A stretch of DNA of 46,368 nt, taken from the UHGV virus genome UHGV-0217156; one strand, written 5' to 3'. Positions 34,233-43,981 of this stretch are shown here, piece by piece (the first letter of the stretch is position 1; every line of letters begins with the position of its first letter). Under the pieces are notes generated by a model that saw nothing but the letters and a program-made list of their open reading frames with translations, searched no databases and was not told the origin of the DNA. Made by a program: the position numbers and the translations under genes. The stretch is from a virus.

Positions 34233-34420
34233 CCGGACTTCCCGATATCAGGGAAATGAACCGGACATTTATATCTGCGGGGCGGTATTCAAGGTCCGGC
34301 CCGCAGTTCTTTTTGATGCTGCCGCTTCCGACAGCTATCCACTATGTCCAGGATACAATAGAAACAGCCAGACAGGAACGCGAAATAATAAAAAATGACA
34401 GCAGAAAGAGGCGATGACAG

Positions 34421-37400
34421 ATGGCGGACAAAAAGAAAAAATATGAATTGGAGATCATGATCGCGGGCGGAACGGACCGGTCTTTGGAAGCATCTATCAG
34501 AAGGGCTCGTAAGGAGATCGACCATCTGGAAAAGAACGCCGGACTGTCAGCGCAGAAAATAGGGGATTCCTTTGGCGGCATGAGCGTGAAAGGAATCAAC
34601 AGTCTGGCAAAAGTATCCGACCGTGCATTTGACGCTATGGTGAAAGGAAGCAAGTCGGCGGCATTGGGTATAACGGCTGCACTGGGAGCAGCCACTATGA
34701 CCGGAATGGGCTTTGAAAGCCAGATGAGTACTGTACAGGCTATTTCACAGGCTTCGGAAGCAGATATGCGGAAGCTGACCAGTCTGGCAAAGGAGATGGG
34801 GGAAACCACCCAGTTTACGGCAGAGGAAGCCGGACAGGGATTGGAATACATGGCATCAGCCGGATGGACCACGCAGCAGATGTTAGACGGCCTGCCGGGA
34901 GTGATGTATCTGGCTGCGGCATCCGGAGAGGGATTGGCTCTGTCTTCTGAAATCGTAACGGGAACACTGACTGCATTTGGGAAAAATGCCAGTGAGGCAG
35001 CACGGTTTGCGGACGTGCTGGCCCAGGCAGCCGCTGCCTCCAATACAGATGTAGCGGGGCTGGGAGGAACCCTTGAGTATGTAGCACCTGTGGCCGGGGC
35101 ACTCAAATATTCATATGAAGATGTTGCGATCGCGGCCGGATTGATGGCAAATGCAAATATTAAGGGAGAAAAGGCCGGAACGGCGTTAAGAGCTGCCCTG
35201 ACGAATCTTGCAAAGCCTACGGAGCAGATGCAGGGATACATGGATGACCTGTCCTTATCCTTGACAGACAGCAATGGAAATATTGTCTCTCTTCGGGAAC
35301 TTCTTGGGGATGCAAGGGAAGGATTTGCAAAGCTGTCAGAAGCCCAGAAAGCGGAATATGCTGCGGGGATTGCCGGGAAAGAGGGAATGTCCGCATTGCT
35401 TGCAATCGTCAATGCTTCTCAGGAAGATTTTGATAAATTGGCACAAGCGATCGATCACAGTACTGGAGCCGCGCAGGAAATGTCTAAGATCCGCTTGAAT
35501 AACTTGAAAGGAGATTTGACGATTCTTTCTAGCGCTGCTCAGGGGCTGGGAATCGAAGCATATGGGGGATTCTCGGAAGAATTAAGGGGATTGACCCAGG
35601 ATGCCACTGAGGGAATCGGGATCCTTACAGAGAACCTGAAAGAAAATCTTCCTACCATCCGCCGTGAGATGAAGGAGGCCGGAGAGAGTGCAAAGGAATG
35701 GGTCTCGCCCATTTTAGAGTTTGGAGAATGGAGCCTGGATCATCCGGAAGCAATCCAGGGGACGATCGTGGGAATTACGGGAGCACTAGCGACATTTAAG
35801 GGCGTACAAACGGCACAGGCAGGCATTAAATTATTAGGGAACCTTTCGGGAATGCTCAGTGCATGGCCAGTAGCATTAGCCGGTGTTACGATCGGAGGAA
35901 TAGCGGGCGTTGCCACGGCCATAAAGGCACACAATAAACAACTTAAAAAGGCGGATTTGAATAAGCGATTTGGAGATATTACCCTTTCCATGGAAGAACT
36001 AGACCAGACGGCCAGGATGATTATAGATAATGGAAATCTGGATCATGCATTGGCATCGATAGAAGAAATGGATAAGGTCAAGGATCTGTCCGAGAGCTTC
36101 CAGCAGGCTGGAAAAGAACTGGACAAGCTGAACTGGAAAATCGGAATGGGTTTTGGACTGGACGAGGGTGAGCTGCAGGATTATGCGTCTGCGGTAAATG
36201 AATCGATCCAGAGCGCTCTTCAGATCGTAGAGCAGTCGCAGTACACTACGCAGATCAGTGTGCAGGCTCTGTTTGGAAAGGATAATGCAGCTGGGAATGA
36301 ACTGATCACTGGATTTGACAGTATGTATGCATCCATCAATGGAGAAGTTCAGGAGCTTGGCAGGCAGCTGGGTGATGCATACAGCGCGGCCATGGAGGAT
36401 GGAATCATCGATATAGATGAAGCCAGAACGATTCAGGAGTTACAGAAAAAGCTGGCAGACGTCACCCAGCAGGTATCCAAAGCACAGTTTAATGCCAAGA
36501 TGGAACGGATTGTTATGGAATACAGCGGAAAAGAGCTGGATCCGGAGACGTTCCAAAACTTACAGGCAGAGATCCAGTCGGCTGCCGCAGAACAGAAAGC
36601 AGCTCTGCAGCAGTCAACGGAATGGAGCCTTGCAAGTGTAGAACTTCAGGCAGACAGAGAAGGAAAAGATGGGCAATGGGTTGCCAAACGCAAACAGGAG
36701 ATACAGGATGCGTTTGCTTCTCAACAGATGGAATTGGACATGAGCGGTGTATCGTTTACAGCCCAGTCCATTAAAGAAGCATATGGCCAAGAACTGGATA
36801 ACATTCTTCCAGAAATGCAGGAAGCATTGAAACAGGCCATGGCATCAGCCATGCAGAACCATGTACAAGGTGACGAGCAACTGGCGGATTGGACAGCAGC
36901 TCAGATTCAGCCCTGGATGGACGCACAGGGATTAAGCGATGTATCGCAGAAAGCAATCCAAGATTTATGGGATACGATTGAACCCCAATTTGAACAGTTG
37001 GCAGAAATGAAACGTCAGATGGAGGAAAAGGGAGAAGAAATTCCACAGGCGTTCATGGAAAGTTTTCAAACAGCGGCCCAGATTGGAGCTGTAGCAGGAA
37101 ACACAGATGCGATCTATTCACTTTTGGGAGGTATGACGGAAGATGAAACATACGTCTCCATACTGAGTGAATATGAAAATGCAGGCGGAAAGATACCGGA
37201 GGCGCTTGGAAATGGAATCCTAAACAGCACAGATTCTGTAACACAGGCAGTAGGGAGTTTAAGGGAGGAAACGCAGGCTGAACTTGACCGGCAATTCGGA
37301 AGCTTTTCCGTGACGGGTAAAGTGAACGTGCGGTTATCTGCAGCAGGAAAAACCGGGGAGGATATCCCTCACTATGCAAAAGGTGGTCTGATTGCTCGCC

Positions 37401-37738
37401 CAACGCTATCATGGTTTGCGGAGGAAAGCCCGGAGATGGCGATCCCTATAGATGGGTCGAAACGCTCCATGAATTTGTGGAAGCAGGCAGGAGAACTGTT
37501 GGGTGCTTACGATCGGAATAATTATGGACGCATGGCAGGAGAATTAAATGCAGCAGGAGTGGCGTCACAGTCTCATTCCCAAGCTGTGCCTGCGGCGCCT
37601 GTATTTTCACCTGTTATTCATATACAGTCCGGGGAGAATGTAAAAGAGCAGGTAATGGAAGGACTGAACATATCTTATGAGCGGTTCGTGGAATACATGG
37701 AGCGATTTAAAAGGGAACAGTACAGACAGGCGTTTTAA
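34421..37738 (+). CDS. Tail tape measure protein
   Basis: 1105 aa, Ala/Gly/Gln-rich with TM-like segments, located after the chaperone frameshift pair. Confidence 0.85.
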   Translation: MADKKKKYELEIMIAGGTDRSLEASIRRARKEIDHLEKNAGLSAQKIGDSFGGMSVKGINSLAKVSDRAFDAMVKGSKSAALGITAALGAATMTGMGFESQMSTVQAISQASEADMRKLTSLAKEMGETTQFTAEEAGQGLEYMASAGWTTQQMLDGLPGVMYLAAASGEGLALSSEIVTGTLTAFGKNASEAARFADVLAQAAAASNTDVAGLGGTLEYVAPVAGALKYSYEDVAIAAGLMANANIKGEKAGTALRAALTNLAKPTEQMQGYMDDLSLSLTDSNGNIVSLRELLGDAREGFAKLSEAQKAEYAAGIAGKEGMSALLAIVNASQEDFDKLAQAIDHSTGAAQEMSKIRLNNLKGDLTILSSAAQGLGIEAYGGFSEELRGLTQDATEGIGILTENLKENLPTIRREMKEAGESAKEWVSPILEFGEWSLDHPEAIQGTIVGITGALATFKGVQTAQAGIKLLGNLSGMLSAWPVALAGVTIGGIAGVATAIKAHNKQLKKADLNKRFGDITLSMEELDQTARMIIDNGNLDHALASIEEMDKVKDLSESFQQAGKELDKLNWKIGMGFGLDEGELQDYASAVNESIQSALQIVEQSQYTTQISVQALFGKDNAAGNELITGFDSMYASINGEVQELGRQLGDAYSAAMEDGIIDIDEARTIQELQKKLADVTQQVSKAQFNAKMERIVMEYSGKELDPETFQNLQAEIQSAAAEQKAALQQSTEWSLASVELQADREGKDGQWVAKRKQEIQDAFASQQMELDMSGVSFTAQSIKEAYGQELDNILPEMQEALKQAMASAMQNHVQGDEQLADWTAAQIQPWMDAQGLSDVSQKAIQDLWDTIEPQFEQLAEMKRQMEEKGEEIPQAFMESFQTAAQIGAVAGNTDAIYSLLGGMTEDETYVSILSEYENAGGKIPEALGNGILNSTDSVTQAVGSLREETQAELDRQFGSFSVTGKVNVRLSAAGKTGEDIPHYAKGGLIARPTLSWFAEESPEMAIPIDGSKRSMNLWKQAGELLGAYDRNNYGRMAGELNAAGVASQSHSQAVPAAPVFSPVIHIQSGENVKEQVMEGLNISYERFVEYMERFKREQYRQAF

Positions 37739-37776
37739 AAAGACCGCCTATGATAGGCGGCCTAAGAGAAAGAGGA

Positions 37777-38175
37777 TCAATGCATTTGAATTTTAGAAAT
37801 AAGAGCTTCCTGGAGTACCTGAGAAAAGTTGAGCCCCATAGAAGTTGCGGCTTCGTTTAACCACTCTGGAATGGTAAGCGTTTTTTTGACGGCTTTATTA
37901 TTATACATTTTTCGGTAAGCCATGGTATCACAGGCGATAAAATTAACAAATTCATTTTCAGATACTGTAATAGCCGTAGGAACAGATGCTTTGGGGATTT
38001 CTCGCCCCTCTTTTTCGTACCCATAGAGAGTGAGAGCCAAGGCATCCTCGGCCATTTCGATTCCATCTTCCAGACTGTCTCCACAGGTGTAGCAACCTTC
38101 TAAGTCTGGAAAAATAATGGAATAGGTACCATCCTCTTCAAGAGTAAAAACTGCGGGATAAGCATATTTGAACAT
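37777..38175 (-). CDS. hicB: HicB-family antitoxin
   Basis: MFKYAYPAVFTLEEDGTYSIIFPDLEGCYTCGDSLEDGIEMAEDAL (HicB/UPF0150 N-terminal fold) and a C-terminal DNA-binding region. Followed on the minus strand by a terminator hairpin (CCGCCTAT/ATAGGCGG plus U-run). Confidence 0.75.
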   Translation of the reverse strand: MFKYAYPAVFTLEEDGTYSIIFPDLEGCYTCGDSLEDGIEMAEDALALTLYGYEKEGREIPKASVPTAITVSENEFVNFIACDTMAYRKMYNNKAVKKTLTIPEWLNEAATSMGLNFSQVLQEALISKIQMH

Positions 38176-38224
38176 AATTGACTCCTCCTTGTTATTCTAT
38201 AAAAATATGATAAAAGGGCCGGGG

Positions 38225-38407
38225 CTATTTAAGCCCCGCATCCTTCAGTATGTTGTTTACCGTTCCTGTAGGAACCTCTGCTTTGTGGCGTGGTACTGTG
38301 AATTGCTTGCCAGTTATTTCACTGTACCATACATCATGGCGACTGCCATGCCTCAGAATGTAGCATTGGTTCTTTTTTAATTTTTTGATTAACTCCTGAG
38401 TATTCAT
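38225..38407 (-). CDS. hicA: HicA-family toxin (mRNA interferase)
   Basis: 60 aa, LRHGSRHDVWYSEITGKQFTVPRHKAEVPTGTVNNILKDAGL. RBS AGAGAGGAGGTAAC. Confidence 0.75.
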   Translation of the reverse strand: MNTQELIKKLKKNQCYILRHGSRHDVWYSEITGKQFTVPRHKAEVPTGTVNNILKDAGLK

Positions 38408-38430
38408 GTTACCTCCTCTCTTATGTTAAT

Positions 38431-38459
38431 ATTATAGCACGTATAAATACGTATGTCAA
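38431..38459 (-). promoter_or_regulatory. Consensus promoter TTGACA-17-TATAAT for hicAB, carrying ACGTA/TACGT palindromes
   Basis: Minus strand reads TTGACA TACGTATTTATACGTGC TATAAT. Shares the 12-mer TATAGCACGTAT and GTCAAGCA with the promoter at 22994-23022. Confidence 0.5.
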
Positions 38460-38510
38460 GCAAAATACGTGTGAATACGTAAAAAAGTTTGGAAAAGGAG
38501 CTGATTTCAT

Positions 38511-38729
38511 ATGAACGAAGCCTATCGGACGATTCAGGGGGACACCTGGGATATGATCGCAAAAAAAGTTTATGGTGATGAAAAATACCTGGACTATTTG
38601 ATGGCCCATAATTTTTCGCTGTTGGATTATTTTGTTTTTCCGGCAGGGGTTACAGTGAATACTCCTTTGCTCTCCTCTCAGACACAGCAGGATGATCTGC
38701 CATCATGGCGTAAGGGGGTGCGGGCTTGA
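38511..38729 (+). CDS. LysM-domain tail protein (XkdP-like)
   Basis: YRTIQGDTWDMIAKKVYGDEKYLDYLMAHN matches a LysM motif. Confidence 0.55.
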   Translation: MNEAYRTIQGDTWDMIAKKVYGDEKYLDYLMAHNFSLLDYFVFPAGVTVNTPLLSSQTQQDDLPSWRKGVRA

Positions 38730-39949
38730 AAACACGAAAAAAATCTGTGAGTTTAATTTATAACGGAACAGAGGCGTACAGCGAACTGGCTCCTTATTTG
38801 GAGCAGATCACTTACACCGATTCAGTAGATGAATCAGATATGATTTCACTGGAATTGTCAGATCGGGACCTGAAATGGAGAAATGCATGGATCCCGCGCA
38901 AAGGAGATGTTTTGATTCCGGCTCTTACTTTGGAGGACTGGAATTATGAGGGCGAAAAAATGACAATCCAGTGTGGATCTTTTATAGTGGATGATTTTGG
39001 GTTTTCTTCTCCACCCGCGATAGGAAATATAAACGGGGTTTCATCCCCGGTTAATACGGGATTCAAAGAAACGGAAAATACAAAAACATGGGAGGCGGCC
39101 ACAGTACAGCTGATCGCAGGGGAAATTGCCGGGAAATATGGATTAAACCTGATCTATGAGGCACAGGAAATTGCTGTCGCAAAAATCGAACAGGACAAAA
39201 GGACAGACAGCGATTTTCTGAAAACACTGTGCGAAAAATATGGTTTGGGGCTTAAGGTTTTTTACAACCGTTTGGTGATCTGGGATTACAGGGAGTATTT
39301 AGGCCGTACTCCCATAACCGAGATAAAACCGGAGATGTGCTCAAAATGGTCGTACAGGAGTTCCATGCAAGGGACTTATACAGGCGCGCGGGTGAGCTAT
39401 AAGAACCCCAAAACGAAGAAAATGGTGGACGTTCTGGTAGGAACGGAAGAAAGACTGTATAAAACAAACCAGAAGGCAGACAGCGAAGCGGATGCACATT
39501 TGATTGGTGAAGCAGCGATCAGAAACGCCAACCGCAGGGAAAGTACAATGCAGCTGACCATGCCGCCTCAGTTTTTGTTGATGGCGACATTAACCGTGCG
39601 ATTAAATGGATTCGGACAGATGGACGGAGCCTATTTTATCGAAAAGGTTACACACCAGATTGGGCGTAAGGCTTATGTAATGCAGGTGTTGTTGAGCAGG
39701 ATACCAGAGGGCGATTCAGAAAAAATATCTGCCCCAACAGTAACAGGAACGGGAAAGGCCTACATAGTGCAGAAGGGGGATAATCTGTGGGATTTGTCCC
39801 AGAAGTTTTATGGGACACCATCCAGATGCGAAGAAATATACCGTGCAAATAAAGACAGGATTGAAACTGAAGCCAGAGAACACGGAAAGAGCAACTCCAG
39901 CAATGGATATTGGATCTGGCCTGGGACTCCGCTTGATATTCCATTATAG
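38726..39949 (+). CDS. Tail/baseplate hub protein with a C-terminal LysM domain (XkdQ-like)
   Basis: 407 aa. C-terminal YIVQKGDNLWDLSQKFYGTPSRCEEIYRANKDRI is LysM-like. Confidence 0.5.
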   Translation: MKTRKKSVSLIYNGTEAYSELAPYLEQITYTDSVDESDMISLELSDRDLKWRNAWIPRKGDVLIPALTLEDWNYEGEKMTIQCGSFIVDDFGFSSPPAIGNINGVSSPVNTGFKETENTKTWEAATVQLIAGEIAGKYGLNLIYEAQEIAVAKIEQDKRTDSDFLKTLCEKYGLGLKVFYNRLVIWDYREYLGRTPITEIKPEMCSKWSYRSSMQGTYTGARVSYKNPKTKKMVDVLVGTEERLYKTNQKADSEADAHLIGEAAIRNANRRESTMQLTMPPQFLLMATLTVRLNGFGQMDGAYFIEKVTHQIGRKAYVMQVLLSRIPEGDSEKISAPTVTGTGKAYIVQKGDNLWDLSQKFYGTPSRCEEIYRANKDRIETEAREHGKSNSSNGYWIWPGTPLDIPL

Positions 39950-39961
39950 GAGGTGAGATAG

Positions 39962-40366
39962 GTGCAGGATATTGCAAGAGTAGGGGTGGTATCCTCCATA
40001 GAAAAGGATGGAGGGATACGCATCTACTACCAGGACCGGGAACAGACAACAGCCCCCATGCAGCTGTTCTCCGGATACGGAGAATATGCGCTGCCACAGA
40101 TCGGGGATCAGGTATTAGCCATCCATCTGTCAAATGATACCAGCAGCGGAGTTGTATTGGGAAGCGTCCGAAGCCAGGAGGATGCTGTGCCAGAAGGTAT
40201 CTTGTATAGAAAGAATTTGGGGAAAGGGGCATATGTGGAGTTCCGGACAGGCATTGTAATTATTCATGGCCCGGAAATCCGATTTGAAAATGAAGATGAA
40301 AGTATAAGCTTATCTGAGATCCTGGAACTTGAAAAACGGGTTAAACGATTGGAGGAGAAAGCGTGA
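39962..40366 (+). CDS. Baseplate-associated protein (putative)
   Basis: Position within the baseplate module. GTG start after GGAGGTGAGATAG. Confidence 0.4.
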   Translation: MQDIARVGVVSSIEKDGGIRIYYQDREQTTAPMQLFSGYGEYALPQIGDQVLAIHLSNDTSSGVVLGSVRSQEDAVPEGILYRKNLGKGAYVEFRTGIVIIHGPEIRFENEDESISLSEILELEKRVKRLEEKA

Positions 40367-40752
40367 TCGGATTATTGGGAGATATTCGGTTCAGAGTATC
40401 AGACAAACGTGTATTGACAATACGCAATCTAAAACGGGAAATCAGCTCTTCATGGAATACAATGGACAGAATTGGCCTAAAACCTTTGATGGAGTATGCT
40501 GGGCCGAACCTTCAAACGATATCGTTTGAAATGACGCTTGATGCCTCTTTGGGGATAAAACCCAGAGTGATGCTGCAGACACTGGAACGGATGGCAGAGG
40601 GACAGGAAGCGTATGAGCTTGTATTAGGAAGACGGCTGATCGGAAAGAATAAGTGGGTTATCACAAAGTGCTCTGCTGCCTATGATGTGATTTTACGGGG
40701 CGGGGAGATTTACAAAGCAACCGTCAATCTGAATTTACAGGAATATGTGTAG
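40363..40752 (+). CDS. Baseplate-associated protein (putative)
   Basis: 129-aa ORF translationally coupled to its neighbours. Confidence 0.4.
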   Translation: MIGLLGDIRFRVSDKRVLTIRNLKREISSSWNTMDRIGLKPLMEYAGPNLQTISFEMTLDASLGIKPRVMLQTLERMAEGQEAYELVLGRRLIGKNKWVITKCSAAYDVILRGGEIYKATVNLNLQEYV

Positions 40753-40761
40753 GAGCGGCAG

Positions 40762-41058
40762 ATGGATCGAAAATTTAAAATTGATGTTGAAGGAACGGAA
40801 GAAGAGAAGGAATTGCTCCGGACACTGACAACCCTTTTTTCTACACGGGCAGGAAGCCAGCCGGCAGACCGGGAGTTCGGAATCGACTGGAGCTGTATGG
40901 ATGAACTGCCGGAAGTAGCGGAAAGCCTGTTCGCATTGGAAGCGTATAGAAAAGTTGAACGCTATGAACCAAGGGTTGAAATCAAGGATATCAAATTTGA
41001 AAATACACAAGGGGTACTGTGCCCTTGTATTTATTTTGCCAGAAAGGAAAACGCTTGA
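40762..41058 (+). CDS. Baseplate wedge protein, gp25/GPW family
   Basis: 98 aa with a gp25-like pattern (REFGIDWSCMDELPE...YEPRVEIKDIKF). Confidence 0.6.
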   Translation: MDRKFKIDVEGTEEEKELLRTLTTLFSTRAGSQPADREFGIDWSCMDELPEVAESLFALEAYRKVERYEPRVEIKDIKFENTQGVLCPCIYFARKENA

Positions 41059-42200
41059 TGGAAGGAATTGAAAGGCTGAAAAACTATCCGGACGTAACGT
41101 TTATTGAAGCGATCAGCTTTGAAAAATTAAAAGAAAGCATGATAAGCGATTTTGAAAAACGGTACAGGGAACTGACCGGAAACACCATGACACTGGCGGC
41201 GGCAGACCCATACCGTCTGATTTTGTATGCCTGTGCGGTGGCGATTTACCAGGGATATCAATATACTGACAAAGCAGGAAAGATGGGACTGCTAAAGTAC
41301 AGTACAGGGGACTTTCTGGATAATCTTGCAGCGCTTAAGGGTATCACACGAAATGAAGCTGTTCCGTCCAGAACAACGATGAGGTTTACATTATCGGCAG
41401 TCCAGAGCAGAAAGGCTGTTATCCCAAAAGGAACACGCCTGAAGGGACAGGAATTGTATTTTGAAACAGTGGAAGAAGGTGAGATACCGGCAGGAGAATT
41501 GACAACAGACGTTCCAGCTGTATGCCAGACCGCAGGGGCAATAGGCAACGGATACAGAGAAGGAGATATCACAACTCTGGTAGATCCACTGCCATTTAAC
41601 GCAAAAGTATCCAATGTAGAGATTACGGATGGAGGAGCGGACCGGGAAGAGGATACAGATCTGGCGGAACGTATCTATCTTGCCCCGTCCAAATATTCGA
41701 CGGCCGGGCCTGAACCGGCATATGAATACTGGGTGAAGACATACAGCTCTGCTGTTGACGAATGCAGAGTGATAACGGAATCTCCGGGTGAGGTAGATAT
41801 TTATATTATGGTAGACGGTAAATTGCCGACAGAATCCTTTATAAAAGAACTGACGGAAAAACTGAAGAATGGAGAGCAGAGGCCATTAACGGATCATGTA
41901 GTGGTCAAGGCTCCGGAAACGGTAAAGTATGAGATCGATTTTACGTACTATATTCGGTCTTCGGATAGGGATATGGTGGATACGATCCAGAAGGCAGTGA
42001 AGAATGCCTGTAATAATTTTATAGCATGGCAAAATAAAATCGGAAAAGATATTACGCCATCGCAGCTGATCAGCGAAATTATGCAGGCTGGCGTCCAGTC
42101 AGTAGAGATTAAAAAACCATCCTATACAGAAATCTCCGATTCTCAGATCGGCATTACTTCTGAACCAGTAATTACTTATGGAGGTCTTAGGGATGGTTGA
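41058..42200 (+). CDS. Baseplate J-family protein
   Basis: ATGA overlap with the gp25-like stop. ~380 aa with Baseplate_J-like composition; the longer GTG start in the track is unlikely. Confidence 0.75.
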   Translation: MEGIERLKNYPDVTFIEAISFEKLKESMISDFEKRYRELTGNTMTLAAADPYRLILYACAVAIYQGYQYTDKAGKMGLLKYSTGDFLDNLAALKGITRNEAVPSRTTMRFTLSAVQSRKAVIPKGTRLKGQELYFETVEEGEIPAGELTTDVPAVCQTAGAIGNGYREGDITTLVDPLPFNAKVSNVEITDGGADREEDTDLAERIYLAPSKYSTAGPEPAYEYWVKTYSSAVDECRVITESPGEVDIYIMVDGKLPTESFIKELTEKLKNGEQRPLTDHVVVKAPETVKYEIDFTYYIRSSDRDMVDTIQKAVKNACNNFIAWQNKIGKDITPSQLISEIMQAGVQSVEIKKPSYTEISDSQIGITSEPVITYGGLRDG

Positions 42201-43152
42201 GTTTTTACATGGAGAAATAAAAGACATTCTGCCTCACAATCTGCTTACGCCGGAAATATACTCGATCAGTTATGCGGTAGGAGAGGCGATGAGACGCTGG
42301 GGACGTTTCTGCGCATCTGTACACCTGTATGCAGAAATAAGCTGTGTTCCGGAAGAGGCACTGGATTTGATGGCAATAGAAATGAATACCCAGTATTACG
42401 ATCAGTCAATGAACCGGAAGATGAAGGAACAGTTGATTATGCAAAGCCTGGTCTGGCACTTGCGGGCAGGAACCCCTTCTGTGCTTAATGAATTCCTGGC
42501 GACTGTATTGGGAGGAGGATATATAGAGGAATGGATGGAGTATGATGGGGAGCCCTATCATTTCCGAGCCTACGCCAAAGTGGATGAAGGGATGGAGGTC
42601 CCTTTGGGATATGTAACAGAAATAAAGCGGCAGCTGAATACATACAAAAATGTACGATCATGGCTGGAAGATTTCTTCCTGATGATACAGACTGCGGTAA
42701 CAGAAACGATCGAAGTAAGCAGCCAGCTGGAACTATTCACAGAGTTTTATGCAAGGAACAACAGAGCCTATCTATTACTGGATGGGAGCTGGGATCTGGA
42801 CGGCCTCTATTATCTGAATGGATATAAGACAGAAAATATGGATCTGTATCCGGTACGGCTAAGAATTTCAGGAGAAATTCCGGTGACAATTACGTGTGGA
42901 AAAGATTCTGCCATGCAGGTAGAAAGCCGTGCAAACTTGGAATTGGCAGCAGAAGCAATTTTTGATGTAACAGGACAGGCTGTTCAAACGATTTACATAG
43001 AGGACTGCTTGGGAATAGTAGGAAAAACAGAAATTGGATGTGAAGCAGCAGGGCACTTGAGGGTAGAAAACAATCTGTGGTATTTGGATGGAACATATTT
43101 GTTAGACGGAACAAAAATATTAAATGCGCAAATTTTTGACTATGACTTATAG
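42193..43152 (+). CDS. Tail protein (P2 gpI / XkdU-like, putative)
   Basis: ATG with RBS GGAGG 8 nt upstream. Position follows baseplate J. Confidence 0.45.
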   Translation: MVEFLHGEIKDILPHNLLTPEIYSISYAVGEAMRRWGRFCASVHLYAEISCVPEEALDLMAIEMNTQYYDQSMNRKMKEQLIMQSLVWHLRAGTPSVLNEFLATVLGGGYIEEWMEYDGEPYHFRAYAKVDEGMEVPLGYVTEIKRQLNTYKNVRSWLEDFFLMIQTAVTETIEVSSQLELFTEFYARNNRAYLLLDGSWDLDGLYYLNGYKTENMDLYPVRLRISGEIPVTITCGKDSAMQVESRANLELAAEAIFDVTGQAVQTIYIEDCLGIVGKTEIGCEAAGHLRVENNLWYLDGTYLLDGTKILNAQIFDYDL

Positions 43153-43166
43153 AGAGGAGAATGGAT

Positions 43167-43553
43167 ATGCCAAATGGAGTAATTACAGAGATCGGGAGAA
43201 AGAAACTTTGCAAAGCACACGCAGGAGATGTTACGCTGCCTAAAATAACTCAAATGGCGTTTGGGAGCGGTGGCGTTAATCCGAGTGGGGAAGTGATCGC
43301 GCCAACAGGAGCAGAAACCGCTCTGAAAAAAGAAATATTGAAAAAGAACATTGGCGGCCATATGTATACCAATGAAAAGGAAACTTCCTGCCGTTACACT
43401 GCCCGTTTGGAAAAAGAAGAACTTGCAAATCAGAGTATTTCTGAGCAGGGGCTGTTTGACGAGGATGGAGATCTGGTTGCGTATATAACATTTTTGCCTA
43501 AAGGAAAAGATGAGGGTATGGTGTTTATTTTTGATATGGATGAAATTTTCTAA
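43167..43553 (+). CDS. Tail-collar fibre-like protein
   Basis: RBS GAGAGGAGAA. N-terminal GVITEIGRKKLCKAHAGDVTLPKITQMAFGSGG pattern. Confidence 0.5.
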   Translation: MPNGVITEIGRKKLCKAHAGDVTLPKITQMAFGSGGVNPSGEVIAPTGAETALKKEILKKNIGGHMYTNEKETSCRYTARLEKEELANQSISEQGLFDEDGDLVAYITFLPKGKDEGMVFIFDMDEIF

Positions 43554-43566
43554 GGAGGATTTACAT

Positions 43567-43977
43567 ATGGCAGACTTACCGATCACGGAAAACCCGCAAT
43601 TTTCAGAAACGATGGAGGCACTTACACCTCAGGATCGGGCAGAACCGCAGACATTTGACATACGTTATCAGAAGCTGCTGGATAATGATAATTATTTAAA
43701 AAAGAAAATAATGGGACGAAAAAATATTGTTTTTTTAGCAGCAGGCTGGACAGGAGAGGGATCGTTTAAACAGACGGTTAGCGTAGAAGGAATTACAGCA
43801 GAGGATGTCCCCGTTCCTGCGTTTGTGGACGACGGAGGAAATGAAGCAGAAAGCAAGGCAAAAAAGAAAGCATATGGTTGTATTACATATTTTGAAAGCA
43901 GCGATGGAACTGTAACAGCAGTTTGCAATTACAAAAAACCGGAAGCAGACTGCACAATTGAGCTGAAGGGAGTGTAA
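43567..43977 (+). CDS. Hypothetical tail-fibre-associated protein
   Basis: RBS TAAGGAGGA before the internal ATG. Confidence 0.4.
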   Translation: MADLPITENPQFSETMEALTPQDRAEPQTFDIRYQKLLDNDNYLKKKIMGRKNIVFLAAGWTGEGSFKQTVSVEGITAEDVPVPAFVDDGGNEAESKAKKKAYGCITYFESSDGTVTAVCNYKKPEADCTIELKGV

Positions 43978-43981
43978 GCAT

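Noticed and set aside
34342-35412. 356-aa minus-strand ORF inside the tape measure gene
   Set aside because: Antisense shadow ORF in Ala/Gly-rich tape-measure sequence. It has no start context.
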